A DNA stretch of 63,275 nucleotides, the filler included, from Octopus bimaculoides (lineage: Eukaryota), in the NCBI RefSeq assembly GCF_001194135.2. It is 6 parts of 4 records of this genome, joined end to end, with 100 filler letters (N's around TTAATTAATTAA, not from the genome) between each part and the next. Parts side by side here need not be neighbours in the genome. Positions count along the whole stretch, not along the records: positions 1 to 17,975 come from NC_068986.1; 5 more parts are not named here. The stretch is one strand, 5' to 3'. Shown piece after piece: positions 1 to 13,271 of this stretch; positions within the stretch are counted from its first letter, which is position 1, and each line of letters begins with the position of its first letter. A program made the position numbers and the translations under genes. The notes beneath the pieces are model-generated. The model was not told the DNA's origin. It saw only the letters and a program-made list of their open reading frames with translations, and made no database searches.

Positions 1-317
1 CCAGACCGGGCGTTGTGAGTGTTTATTGAGCGAAAACACCTAAAGCTCCACGAGGCTCCGGCAGGGGATGGTGGCGAACCCTGCTGTACTCATTCACCAT
101 AACTTTCTCTCATTCTTACTTCCTGTTTCTGTTGTGCCTGTAATTCAAAGGGCCAGCCTTGTCACACTGTGTCACGCTGAATATCCCCGAGAACTACGTT
201 AACGGTATACGTGTCTGTGGAGTGCTCAGCTACTTGCACGTTAATTTCACGAGCAGGCTGTTCCGTTGATCGAATCAACTGGAACCATCGACGTCGTAAG
301 CGACGGAGTGCCACAAA
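1..317 (+). mobile_element. tRNA-derived SINE, family 1 (5' end cut by the window edge)
   Basis: Near-identical to the full-length copy at 19509-19890. Confidence 0.85.
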
Positions 318-591
318 GATAGTCACTCAAAGGACTAGTATATTAACAATTTCTGCTTCTGACTACTAATTATTTTATCATTCCCGGACGTATGGAAGCA
401 TAGTTAAGCTAAGCAGTTATTTGATCTCAGAATGTACATAACGTTTACAGATATTTTAAACTTGTACCTATTTCATCAATCGCAAATGGACTTAAGTTCA
501 ATGTATCAATAAGCAAAATGTTGCTAGATATATTAACCATTTCCTCTGTAAGATTTGAAATAACGTCTTCTGATTTATTTTCATCATCCAG

Positions 592-683
592 ACGCCTTGA
601 TGAATTTAAAGAATGTGCTGAACAAGAAAAGGACGATTCATGCCTAAAATTCTTCAACGAAATCGCTAAGATTAACTGCCTAC
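592..683 (+). CDS. Exon B0 of an uncharacterised Cys-rich tandem-repeat protein (RLDEFKECAEQEKDDSCLKFFNEIAKINCL)
   Basis: catccag|A CGC CTT ... TGC CTA C|gtgaga. 92 nt, phase 2 to phase 1, 3 Cys spaced x8 and x11, homologous to the exons at 6613, 9249 and 12443. Confidence 0.85.
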
Positions 684-879
684 GTGAGAAACTTTTTAAT
701 TAATTATATCTTATTTGAAAAGATATTGCATTGATGAAGTATATTCTGAATAGAAATTATTTTATTAAATATTTGTTGGTGTACATATCCCAGATGCATC
801 AATTTTTCCTTCAAACGAAGTTAAAATTTGAGAAAACAAATATGGTAAATAATGATTTACTTTCGACACTCAAACTCCT

Positions 880-2560
880 GTTGGCTGTAGAGGCTATGTT
901 CCAGGGCCCGTCTACGCTTATGATTTTCTTGTCTATTCCTTGATGTTATATTTCTATCTTTTTCTGTATTCGCCCCTTCTTTGAATTCCTTTCACATTCG
1001 ATTGAAGACTGTGCTTTGAAAGTCTACTGAACTATTTTATATGACCAAACCATCTCAGCTCTTTTTACTGTTTCAGATGAAGCATTTGGAAGCTTTATGT
1101 GATTGTTTTCCGGGCCTCATGTTCTTTGAAAGAATCCAAGCACAATTACCCAAGATGTTACCCTAGCATCAAGTTCCCAGTGCCTGTATCTTTTCTTAGA
1201 AACGGAGCCCGAATGAATTTAATTATGTTCTTCACAAAAACATTTCTTTTTTTCCTTTTGATTTTAGTGTGACTATTTTTGTCATAGTCTTTGCAGGTGT
1301 TCAAAGATTTGTGGTGTTTACTGTTTATCAATAATACTTGCTTCTAAGTATTTGAACAGTTACACTATCTCAAATTCGTATTCTTTAGATAACATTAGAG
1401 ATATATGATGATGTTGCAAATATTTTCATGAGAATTGCTTTTTCGACACCGATTTACATTGTGAAGTTTGGAGAAGTGGGTATTAAGGGGACAATCGACT
1501 AATTCATCTAACATCTACCAGCTACTCTTTTAATGTCATCAATAAATCCCACATTCATAAAGTTCCTCGCATTGTGGTAGTCTGTACCTATTTGATATAC
1601 TGCAGTATAAACTATGACCTGCTCTAGGAAGACGTCAAGAATGTGGAGGGCAAAAGCTATAACCTTATTGGTCATCCACATAGTAACGAACTTCTCGACT
1701 GATAACACCTTTGAATAAAACTGTCGATTTGAATGAGTCAAATTCTTGACCATACTATATTTCTCAATTCTAGCCGACAACGCGTCATATCAAGTACCAA
1801 CAGTTTCCTTCATGAGGACCATGACCACGTGTCAAGGCATGTGGTGTTTAAAGAATGTGACTGCTATTACTTCCAAATCTACGGAAAACTGCTTGTTGCT
1901 CGTCATTAGGATTAATGGCCGAAAACCTCAATTGATATGGAACGATTGTGAGCGTTATCGTACTTCCATACATGGCCTTATAGATGGTATGAACATTTTG
2001 GTACAGTTGGAGAAAGGCTTTCTAGGAAAACAATATGATTAGTGGTTGAGTGACGTAATCTTAAATCTGACATAGCGCAACATATTTCATCGTACGACTG
2101 TTTATTGTTATCGTCTTTTATACAATCAATCTATGTTTTTGTGGCTCCATGCCTTTCACTTTTTTCTTCGTCATTTGATAATCAACCTAATTAGTAGAGT
2201 AATCTATAGTACGCATATTTCAATCTCTTTTGTCTTGAAATTGTGCAGCCGCTGAAATTACATCGTCTTCATTTCCAATATTTCCTTTTGTTCAATATAA
2301 TTTTCCAATTTGTGTCCCAAATGATTACGTTTCCTCTATTCATATGAACATTCACAGCAGAAACATTACATGTGTGTTATTTCTGTTTTGTTGTCATGGT
2401 TGGTGCTGTCGTTAAATCTCTTGCGAAGGATTGCAAGTATGTCCCAAACATATTTGAACTGACCTAAATATTTGTTCATTCCACACCAGTTTCGCATGCC
2501 TTCTCTCTATACCAATATCATTGGATTACCCTGGGAGACGGAGTTAGCTGGTGGTAGCCG
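880..2560 (-). mobile_element. Heavily decayed RTE-type LINE reverse transcriptase fragment
   Basis: The minus strand gives broken RT motifs: LDVFLEQVI...IG...GFIDDIKRVAG (YADD region) and LFKYLEASII. It has many stops and frameshifts, and the boundaries are approximate. Confidence 0.6.
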
Positions 2561-2635
2561 ACAAGTATTTTAGGAGCTTTCAAGATCCTTTAACGTGGAT
2601 TTTTCCCATACTAAACTAAACGGTTATGTGTGTAT

Positions 2636-2716
<81 letters not shown>

Positions 2717-2721
2717 AATGA

Positions 2722-3547
2722 GTTATACTCCTTTGGTATTTTATCCTGCACTTGTCTCTCCTGTGTTTACGTATTTTCCACCTGTTAGTGATGGCCTGCA
2801 CTTAATGGGCATCTTTATTTATTTATAATTGAACACCACACAGCCTTGTCCACAATAAGTTCTTACATTTAAACATGATTTCTGCTACTCTACACAGTTT
2901 TGTTTCTTTCTCTCTATCTCTCTATAGTCCTCTAGATTTTCGTACTTTCCCCCCTCCTTCCTTGTTGTCCTCTGTCTTTCTCCCACGCCCTACTATCTTT
3001 CGTTCCTTCTCCTCACTCCCTTTTGTTTCTTTCCCTCGCCGCCTCTCTTGTTCTCCTTCCCCTCTGGCTGTTGCTCACACATGACTACAGGTCATTTCTC
3101 CCGCGCCTGCCTTTTCTGGTCTCGACGTCCACCGGGCTGGACGTCATTTCTCTCGCCTTCCGACATTTTTTCTCTTCTACTATTTTCTTATCTTCTACTT
3201 ATTCTATTTCCTTCAAAATTTTCTCCCAGGTATTACCCATTACAATTCGTTTTGGCCTAACGTCCCTTAATGTTTCTCTTCGTCGATTGTTTACTTTGTA
3301 CGTCCACTCTGTTGTTGTTTGTTCGTTCGAAGCTCTGATTCACCACAAATTTTATATTTTTAAAATTTCTGGATGCTGCTGTCTTACGAGGTTTTCCTAT
3401 TTTGTTGTTAAAAGCACGAAATAGGTCAGTAAAACATTCGACAGCTGATGAGCGAGTTACTTTCTCTTATTATTTTATCCTGTACCTGTCTCTCGTGTGT
3501 TCGTGTGTTTACGTATTTTTCACTTGATGGTGATGTCCTATACTTAA
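2722..3547. mobile_element. Penelope-like relic with ~85-bp direct terminal repeats
   Basis: 2722-2805 resembles 3463-3547 (ttttatcctg(c/t)ac...gtgtttacgtatttt(c/t)cac...g(c/t)acttaa). The interior is pyrimidine-rich. Family assignment is inferred. Confidence 0.35.
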
Positions 3548-3567
3548 TGTGTATTATATATAATGTG

Positions 3568-3609
<42 letters not shown>

Positions 3610-3720
3610 GTATGTTAGGTTACTTAACATTACTCCTAATAAATATGAATTTGAATATTTTCTTACCTCTATTCCTTGTGTGTGTGTGTGTGTGCAGCAG
3701 GATGCAAAGTNNNNNNNNNN

Positions 3721-3792
<72 letters not shown>

Positions 3793-4312
3793 GTATGTTA
3801 GGTTACTTAACATTACTCCTAATAAATATGAATTTGAATATTTTCTTACCTCTATTCCTTGTGTGTGTGTGTGTGTGCAGCAGGATGCAAAGTGAGCGTG
3901 GTGTATACACCATAAAATACTGCAGATATGAATCAGAACTTCTTCATCTAGCGACAGCGCCACAGTATTCAAAATTTGCTATAAGACCAATATTTGTCGA
4001 ACTGATTTGAATGTTGAAAGTTAGTATGTTTAAAGCGTGTATTCGCATGGAATACCCTATAACAACAGACATAGTTAGTATGTATACATATATGACATAC
4101 TTTTGCAAACAACGTACTATATGTAAAAAATCAATATATTTTTCAGCCGAGTTGACCACGTTTCGCTGAAATTCATCGAATGATACCCGTCTGAACTTCC
4201 GTGTATAAAGCTATGTAGTGTCTCAAATACCACCAGTCAGGTTGGGATGTCTTTGATCTTATGAGTGTGAATGATTTTGTTTTGAAATACTCGTAAAGTT
4301 ATATGTGAAGAA

Positions 4313-4540
4313 CAGTGGGTCTCAGTTAAATGCAATGTCTTTCCCTCATGAGTCGGAATGTACCTATGATTGAAACACACAGATGACGAAAAGACATTGC
4401 AAACCTGTCATACAATTAAAATTATGTACCTAAGATTGAAGAATGTACATTGTTTTTAATCATAGCTACATCATTTCAATCGTATTTCAGAAAACATTCC
4501 GACTCATGAGGAAAAGATATTGCATTTAACTCACACACTG
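4313..4540. mobile_element. Tc1/mariner-type MITE
   Basis: Inverted repeats of about 45 bp: cagtggg...gttaaatgcaatgtctttccctcatgagtcggaatgt and acattccgactcatgaggaaaagatattgcatttaactcacacactg, followed by TA. Confidence 0.7.
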
Positions 4541-5802
4541 TACCTTACATATAACTGCACGAATGTTTCAAAGCAAAATCTGTTATATGCATTTGATCAA
4601 AAACAACACATCCTCATCTTAATCGAGACTAGAGGCATTTGAGGCACTGTACGTAATCTTATAGATACATATATAAATACACACATACATGCATACATAC
4701 ATAGAAGTTTATCATTTAAGTGTGTATAAGCATGTCTAGATATGCAAGTATCTGCATGAGAACACATACATAAAACAAAGCGTAAAAATCTGCGCATATA
4801 TATACATGCATGCAAAAATACCCTGTCGTTCATGTTGAAATTCCAATGAAGGAACCTTGATCTAGGTTAGAAACCGGTTCTTTCTCTATTGACACGAAAT
4901 CGCGATATAAAACTGAATAATGACATACATACATATATATAAATGTGTGTATATATATATATGTGTGCGTGTGTGTGTGTGTGTGTGTATGTATGTATTT
5001 ATGTATGTATGTATGCATTTATAGTTCTGAGTCAGTGTGATCACAGATTAAATACATTATGTTACTGTAATGTTACTTAAGCTTCGAGGATGTTTAGATA
5101 GGTTGCCATTAAGTTTTATACAGATTTACCTCATGTTGTTTTAAGAATGTTGTTAATATAAGGTAACATTGGAAGGGAGTTATATGTATTCTAATGTCAA
5201 TAAGAATGTTAAGGGACGATTAGTCAGTTGCATCGACTCCAGTGATCAGCCGAGGCTTATTTCATCGGTTTGAGAGGATGAAAGAAAAAATCCACCTCGG
5301 CGTAATTTGAGCTCTAAATACAAAGACATTCGAAATGTCATAAAGCATTTTTCTAGAGTGCCAACGATTTTGCAAGCTCACTGCTTTAGCATAAATGTAA
5401 AATGATCGTTTAATTAAACATATTATTTTACTAGCAGCTTTACTGTATTTGATATTACCAACATCATATATCCGAACCACAAAACAAAATATAGAAAACT
5501 ATATACATGATACCAAAACTGGAAAACGAACATGTCACTAAACCTGGAAAACTTGTAGATTATGACAATTATAATTCTTTTTAAATCCAACTAATCACCA
5601 TCGTTTGCAACGCGCAAAAATCGCAAAACACTATACACAATCTCTATTGCATCAAACCACGTATTATAGATTACAAATGATAACATAGATTAAGATCAGA
5701 TTTATATGTTTTAATTTGTATTGTATTAGGTAATATTTCCTGAAAATGTGAAGATTATTCATGTTATAATGAAATAATATGTTAAATTTGCATATGTTGT
5801 AG

Positions 5803-5893
5803 AGGTCGACAATTGCACAAATTCCTACAAAACAATTTGCCCCGAAGCTGAAAAACTCCATCCCATACGTAACCCAGACACGGATTACTGCGA
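5803..5893 (+). CDS. Exon A1 of the same gene (VDNCTNSYKTICPEAEKLHPIRNPDTDYC)
   Basis: gttgtag|AG GTC ... TAC TGC GA|gtaaat. 91 nt, phase 1 to phase 2, C-x7-C-x16-C, NCT sequon. Confidence 0.87.
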
Positions 5894-6612
5894 GTAAATA
5901 TATTATGTTATTGATCTTACATTCATTGTTACATGGAATATTTACATGTTTATATTTTTAATTATACAACCAACTGTTAATTACTGTTGATAATTACATT
6001 GGTTTGTTGTAGTGTATTGGATTCAATCAGAAACAGAAATTGATTGTTGCTAAAATACATCGATCTAAAAATTGATGCATATCGACACCAATATGACTAG
6101 TCAACGTTTAATCAATTAATAATTATTTGCTTAATTTCATATATTGACAAAAGTTTACAAATGTGCAATTTTCATACATAAAATGTTATACTTTATAAAA
6201 CTAATGCAAACTTCTCATCATTTAAAACGTACTTCTCAGAAGTTTGTTATTCATACGCACACGTATACGATCAATAAGCATTTTTCGTATTTTTTTATTC
6301 TAATTATTCACTTTTAAACATAATTTCCTGCGAAATGCACCAGGATTGTTAAAATTCAATCTTCATAGCCAGATTCAGCTTGAAAATTATAGTATATCAC
6401 TTGGTAAGAAATGCCTATCTAGGAAATATATGAATTACATTCAGTGGCAGCATGATTTCAGCATGTGAACAAAATAAGTATTACAAGATATTTAAAACTG
6501 GTACTCAGTTTCTGAAGCCTAACGAAATTAATCTCAATACATAAATAATCGAAAACGTTGCCAAATTTTCATTTGTCTAAACTGCATTTCTTTTCTGATT
6601 TTTATATTCTAG

Positions 6613-6701
6613 TCGTTTGCGCATATATGAAACGTGTGCTACTACAAAGAAAGACAAATGCAAACAGCATTTCAACGAACTCTTTCTGGCAATGTGTGTA
6701 G
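6613..6701 (+). CDS. Exon B1 of the same gene (RLRIYETCATTKKDKCKQHFNELFLAMCV)
   Basis: attctag|T CGT TTG ... TGT GTA G|gtaaga. 89 nt, phase 2 to phase 1. Confidence 0.87.
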
Positions 6702-8127
6702 GTAAGATGCTTTTTTTCTAAATTTTGTTTTTCATAATGTCAGAAATGACGCAACCTGTAAAATAGTAGATGTGATCTACCACTTATCCTATTCATTTGT
6801 CTTTTATGCTTTGCAGATGGATAGAAACATTTAAACTTTTTATTGTCTAATAATTAAACAAATATATTTTAATGATGGTGACGATGAGATCACTAAATGG
6901 ACTGGATGGGAATCCAGTGATAGGATCAAAGATAGCTTTTGATTTTTCTTAAGCACATGCAATCTACGAAATTTTTGTTACCAGCTGTGTTAGTTTTGGT
7001 GATGGTCTTGTTGTTGACTGCTGTCTGATTTGTCAGTTGAAGGGAATGATTCGTCAATAAATAGATCTATGTAAATATCTATCATTCTAAATAAATGAAG
7101 CACAGAAACACGATTTTCTTGTTTAGTCCCATGTATGCCTCATCTTGACATATGGCCTAAGAACTTGTAGTTCTGATTTGTGCAGCCATAAAGGATGTAT
7201 GATGAGTGATGTAACTGGCATACCGGTTTCTTCACGAGCTTCTGGCGATGCTTTTTTAAGTTCATGGAACTTCGTTTGCTTATGATTTATAAAATTGGGT
7301 TGGTAGGGCATACCTTTGTAATATTGATTTCTGGAAACTACAAATAAAATACATTTTGATATCGACTGTTATGAATTTAGAATGGACGAGCGGTTTGCTA
7401 TTGAATGCTTCATATTTGAAAGCCAACGAAATGTTCAGGGGTTGCTATTGTAGCAGAAATGGTAGAGTAGGTTTCTGATGTCATTTTCTGATATAAGTGG
7501 CGTAGCTTTCATTTCATAATGTTTATGATCATGAAATTATTAACCAAACTATTTGGAAATATCAGTATGCGTAATAGCAGCCTCACTATATATTATTATT
7601 AGCAATATTCTGACGACTGTAGATAACATACTTTACCAGATACTTTTCCGAAAGAGAACCCTACACTTACACACAGATAACATACTGAGAAAGCTTAAGA
7701 TCTGAACCATCCACGTAGACATTCATTTTGGAACAGTATACATCAATGAAGAAACTAAAAACATATACTTTATAAAAGAGTTGTTGGGAATGAAAATAAA
7801 TCATATTAAATCTAATGTATTATTAATTTTTTTTTTAATTTTCAACTACATGAAACAAGATATAACCCAGAAAATGGTTAGTATTTGAATAACTATCAAC
7901 ATTAATATTATCTAATTTACAATCTAGCTCCCATCAGTTGGAGTGCATAAAATCGCACAATTACATAAATAATATCCATTCCATCGGCAAACGCCGGATT
8001 ATAGATTGCAACAAATAACGTGGACTCAGACAGAAGCAAAGTTTTAAGTTATGGTCTATCATGTAATCTTTCGTCCTTATGATATGAATTTTTTAATAAT
8101 TAAAGACTGAAAGCGTTAAAATTATAG

Positions 8128-8227
8128 TTCATGAAGAACAACCTGACTGCATGGAAAGATACAGATCAACTTGCTTCAAGGCTTTCAGCAATCTTCCTGA
8201 AGTGAATCCAGATATAAACTACTGCAA
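8128..8227 (+). CDS. Exon A2 of the same gene (HEEQPDCMERYRSTCFKAFSNLPEVNPDINYC)
   Basis: attatag|TT CAT ... TAC TGC AA|gtacgt. 100 nt, phase 1 to phase 2. An in-frame alternative acceptor at 8137 is possible. Confidence 0.83.
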
Positions 8228-8442
8228 GTACGTATATTCGGTTACTATCTCTATCATTATTTGACATTTCCACAGATTCTGTTACCATATATCACTGGGT
8301 GCCAGAATTTGTGGAAATGGGTAATTGCTAAAGGTGCTGCTCATTCAGACACAATCTGGAACCACATTCCTGCACGCACACATACACACATACACACACA
8401 CACACATACATACAATAAATTCATGCATACATACATGTATGC

Positions 8443-8563
<121 letters not shown>

Positions 8564-9248
8564 TGTGGGTGTGTGCGTGCGTGTGTGTATGTGTGTGTGT
8601 ATGTGTGTGTGTGTATACGTGTGTGTGTGCGTGTGTAGGCATGCTTGAGTGTCAAGTTTCAACGAACTCTTGACTCCGATTTGATACTTTAGAACAATTC
8701 AAAGTACGGACTCATAAAAGCTGCTGTCCAATTATTAAAACAAGTAAAAGAATAAAAGATTAAAATATACAACGGTATTATCAACAGTTAATTTCTAATC
8801 ATTCTTATTTTAGTACATGACTAGAAATAATTTATTGAAGTGGATGAGGGTACCGTGACTGATTGGTACAAATCATACCGACCTAAAGACGCTGAGTAAC
8901 AACCACATTCGGATTTGAACGTTTAGCATATTACCGAGTGTAAAACCGATTTCTAATATATGAGCATGTATATAAATATATATCTCCTGCGTCTCACTAC
9001 GAATTATTTTATAAATCCCGGCCATATGAAAGGATAATTACGCATTGCAGTTATTTGGCGTCGCGATGAATACAATATTTATATTGTCAATTATTTGAAA
9101 CTGGTACAAATTATATCAATCCACAAAAGATTGTAATTCAATAAATCATTAAACTGAAAGATTGCCACCTATATTCATATTATCTTTTGTTTTGAATAAT
9201 TTTTCAATATATATATAAATAATTTTTCAGTATATTTTTATCTTCCAG

Positions 9249-9340
9249 ACGCCTTCCCAAATTATATGAATGTGCTAAGTTAGAGGAAAACAAGCATTGC
9301 ATGACTTCTTTTAGAATACTTTCCGCAAGGCACTGCGAAG
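9249..9340 (+). CDS. Exon B2 of the same gene (RLPKLYECAKLEENKHCMTSFRILSARHCE)
   Basis: cttccag|A CGC CTT ... TGC GAA G|gtaagg. 92 nt, phase 2 to phase 1. Confidence 0.87.
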
Positions 9341-9508
9341 GTAAGGTTGCTATGCAGCATGAATATAAATCAATCATTAAAATGATAAATGAAATAATGC
9401 AACATTATCAATATATTTATCAAAACACTCTATGACGCAGAAGACAAAGATCTAGAATCGCGACATACGCACAAACTAAATAGACTGTCTTTTTTCCGCC
9501 AGATTTCT

Positions 9509-9687
9509 GCATGGAGTGACTGTGTGGTAAGTAGCTTGCTTACCAACCGCATGGTTCCGGGTTCAGTCCCACTGCGTGGCACCTTGGACAAAGTATCTTC
9601 TACTATAGTCTCGGGCCGACCAAAGCATTGTGAGTGGATTTGGTAGAGGGAAACTGAAAGAAGCCCATCGTATATATGTATATATAT

Positions 9688-9732
<45 letters not shown>

Positions 9733-9936
9733 TGTGTGTTGTATGTCAGTGTTTGTCTCCTCAACATCGCTTAACAACCGATGCTGGTGTGTTTACATCC
9801 CCGTAACTTAGCGGTTCGGCAATAAGAGTCCGATAGAATAAGCACTAGGCTTAAAAAGAATAAGTCCTGTGGTCGATTTGCTCGACTAAAAGGCGGTGCT
9901 CCAAATGACTGAAACAAGTAAAAGGGTAAAAGAGTA
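9509..9936 (+). mobile_element. tRNA-derived CORE-like SINE, family 2 (OR-type), with an internal (TG)n microsatellite
   Basis: tRNA-like head (ggttccgggttcagtcccac) followed by tggcaccttggacaagt. At least 10 further copies occur in the window. Confidence 0.8.
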
Positions 9937-10294
9937 ATGCAATAAAGAATTCCTGAAACACTGAGATATGAAAATAGAAAACTATTATTCCCAACATGAA
10001 GGCAATATGTGATATACCTGTATCTTGAAATATTCATAATACTAAACACAACACTAATAGGTTGGAAATAGACAGTAATATATTTATAACTTTTTACTTT
10101 AGTTCTAACTGAAATAATACTTTCATTTGCAACACACGAAATCATATTTTGTAGTTATATTATTTTTTCATCATCAAACCACGTTATATAGATTACAAAT
10201 AACAATATGGATTATGACCAGATTTAAATGCTTTTATATATATTTCATCATAATATTTTCTCAATACGAAAGGAAATGTCAAAATCTGTTGCAG

Positions 10295-10385
10295 TGGAAG
10301 ATCTTTGCTCAAATTTCACTGAATCAAAATGTCCGCAAGCTAAAAAAGATTATCCCATAGCTAATCCAGATTTGAATTACTGCAA
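10295..10385 (+). CDS. Exon A3 of the same gene (EDLCSNFTESKCPQAKKDYPIANPDLNYC)
   Basis: gttgcag|TG GAA ... TAC TGC AA|gtacgt. 91 nt, phase 1 to phase 2, NFT sequon. Confidence 0.87.
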
Positions 10386-10865
10386 GTACGTGTATTTTCT
10401 TACTACTCTTACAACTATTTTTACATTTAATATTAATTAACTGACATATATTTGTAATAATGCACACATACCATCAACCATTAATTACTAATATTTTTTT
10501 ACATTGATAGGGGCGGCACGCTGTCACAGAGCCGTTAAGCACGCCGGTAAAATGTTTAGCTACATTTCGTCTATCTTCACTTTCTGAGTTCAAATTTCAC
10601 GAAGGTAGACTTTGCCTTTCATCGATAAAATTATAACAAATTGAGCGCTGGATTCGGTGTAATCGACGTAACTCCTCCGCTGAAATTTCCAGACTTGTAC
10701 CCAAATTTGAAATCAAAATTTCTTACATTGGTACTAATTAATACATTGTTAGTTGGAATGTTACATTCAGTAGGAAAGAGTATTTCGATTAGTGCTAATT
10801 ACGTTGACCTACAATGGTGCATATTAACGACAATATGACTTGAACAGTTTTTGGCAGACCAGTAG

Positions 10866-11713
10866 GTACAGTGTGCGATGGGTAAATTGTCGCAATTTTA
10901 TATTGTTAATTTTGCGCATGCACATTATTTGTTTTTGATTTTGTCGTCTACAGTGTGTAGCAGGGTTAGTTGTGAGAAAAACAGCACCATGAGGCAATTC
11001 ACTGTGCTAGGAATTTGAAAACGACATGCTATACTGCTTGGCATTCGAACCGGAAGCTCCACTACGAATATTTACCAATATGAACATGTACCGAGAGTGA
11101 TACAAATCGAACATCTAGGTAACATCATGGTGTTTGGAGTAATCACTAGTGATGGCGACGTTATGCCTCGACTCATCTTCCCACACAGCCTCAAACTCAA
11201 CGTGGAGGCCTACATCAAGTGCCTGGTGAAGATAACGCTGCCCTGGGTCAAGCGGGTGACTGCTGGAAGGCCCTATGTCTGGCAACAGGAGTCTGCATCA
11301 TGCCAAACAAGCAGAACCCAGTTATGGCTGTTAGACAATTTCTCTGACCACACCACCCCTAAAACTTGACCACCTAACCCTCTAGACTGCAACCCCTTTG
11401 ATTATTATGTGTGGAGCGCAGTTGAACGAGAGACCAACAAAACTCCTTGTAATACCAATGATAAACTGAAGGCAAGGATTACGGCAGCATTCACCAAATT
11501 AAACAAGTGGCTCGCCCAGAAGAGTTGCAGGAGATTCCGAAGTCGTCTGGAAGCGGTAGTAGAAGCCAATGACGATTTTACTGAATACATTTACTCTCTT
11601 TTATTTCAAGATATGTTTATGTTATTTTGGTAAGTATATCTGTTAGAATGAGATGTCAGTGTTATTTTCATTTTTGCGTAATTTAGACGACTATTTATTC
11701 ACCGCACTTTGTA
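10866..11713 (+). mobile_element. Internally deleted Tc1/mariner (maT/DD37D-like) transposon inside the A3-B3 intron
   Basis: Transposase remnant MVFGVITSDG...YVWQQESA...PPNPLDCNPFDYYVWSAVE...RFRSRLEAVVEAND. Degenerate TIRs tacagtgtgcgatgggtaaattgtcg / cgactatttattcaccgcactttgta. Confidence 0.8.
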
Positions 11714-12442
11714 TATAAGTAATACTAAGTATGGCACAAGTTCACAAATATGCACTCAAGACGGATCGAGAGACCGAAACATGTCAGTCTTTAAGAATAT
11801 GTCATGCTTTAGGAAACCTATAGTAATGTTTGATCATCACAAGACACATGCTATTTAGAATTCGTTGTTTATTATTAAACCTTTATTATCTTTTCTTCAA
11901 ATGACTGCGTAAAACTTCATTTTGCTACAATCTACCATACGAAATGCACCAATATTTAATCTTTATTGCCAAATGTTAGAAATCAGTTTGTAAAATTTAT
12001 ATCTTCATTTGCGTTTTACTACCCTGGAAATATAAAAATTACATACAATGGTAACGTGATATCAGTATGTAACGAAGATAAAATTTTAGTTTCAAACGTT
12101 TAGCACAAGGCAAATAATTTCTGGGGAAGGAGGGAGGGAGCCAGTGACAGGAAGCCAGTGCTCAGCCGGTACCTATCTAATCGACCCCGAAAAGCTGAAG
12201 AACAAAGACCACTGAGGCGTAAATTGAACTCAGAATGTAATGAGCAAGTCCAAATAGCACTACGTTATTTGACCGGTGTGCTAGCGATTCCGTCAGTTTG
12301 CCACCTTGCAGTACACATAAATATTGCAAGATATTTGAAGCTGATACAGAGTTTATTACGTTAATAATCGAAAATATTCTCCATTATATTATAACTTACC
12401 TTTTTCTGAAATGAATTTCTCAGATTTATCTTGATTTTGCAG

Positions 12443-12531
12443 ACGCCTTGAGAAATACAAAAGTTGTGCTAAAGATACCAATGAGAAGTGCTGGGATTTC
12501 TACAACGGAATCTTTGTTGATAATTGTCCAA
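12443..12531 (+). CDS. Exon B3 of the same gene (RLEKYKSCAKDTNEKCWDFYNGIFVDNCP)
   Basis: tttgcag|A CGC CTT ... TGT CCA A|gtaaga. 89 nt, phase 2 to phase 1. Confidence 0.87.
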
Positions 12532-13180
12532 GTAAGACATACTTTATTCACGCATATTGGCAGAAACGGTGCATTTGCAAACTAAATTCGAAACATATTA
12601 CATTTTATAAGTTACGTTATTAACATAAAGCCTGAAACGGATAAAGTTGATCACATTGACTCCAGTGCTCAGCTGATACTTTACTTTACTGACTCCGAAA
12701 GGAGGAGGAAAAGTGAAGTTGACCACAGCGGAATTTGAATTTAGAACGTAAAGACGGATGGAATGCTACTAACGATTTCTCCAGCTTACCAGTACGGACA
12801 TAATAATAATTATTTCAGGCATTTGTTCGACTAATTGAAATAGCTCCCATGAAAACACATAGTTCCCCATGTACGCAAGCTTATGTAAATAATTCATCCA
12901 TTTTAGCCACAAACTGTATATTACAGATCTCAACAGATAACTTAGAACGAGTATTTTCTTTAAAAATCTAACCGAAAAATATCCATGAAGAATTATGAAC
13001 AAGCTCACAAAATTTATTTCAGAAAACATCTTCGTCAAGATTAAACCATGTAATATAGCCTATAACCACTAATGGTGGGTGAGACCAAAATTAATCGATT
13101 TAATTTCTGTTGAGTCATTTAATAATTCAAAAGGATTGATTAGAAAATCAATGGATATGTCAAATTTGTATGTATTGCAG

Positions 13181-13271
13181 ATAATGACACATGTATAAAC
13201 GAGTTCCAAAACATGTGTCCCAATGCGGAACGGAATTATCCTAAGCGTATTCCAGACACGCATTTTTGCAA
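13181..13271 (+). CDS. Exon A4 of the same gene (NDTCINEFQNMCPNAERNYPKRIPDTHFC)
   Basis: attgcag|AT AAT ... TTT TGC AA|gtacgt. 91 nt, phase 1 to phase 2, NDT sequon. Confidence 0.87.

Noticed and set aside
1746-2042. 98-aa plus-strand ORF with several Cys inside the B0-A1 intron
   Set aside because: It is the antisense of a decayed RTE reverse transcriptase, with no matching Cys spacing or donor site.
3546-3893. Direct duplication of ~170 bp on either side of a 10-N gap
   Set aside because: Identical copies abutting a tiny gap are the signature of unmerged overlapping contig ends.
9509-9590. tRNA-like sequences at SINE heads (also 19509, 38378 and others)
   Set aside because: They have A/B boxes but no full cloverleaf and continue into SINE bodies, so they are not tRNA genes.
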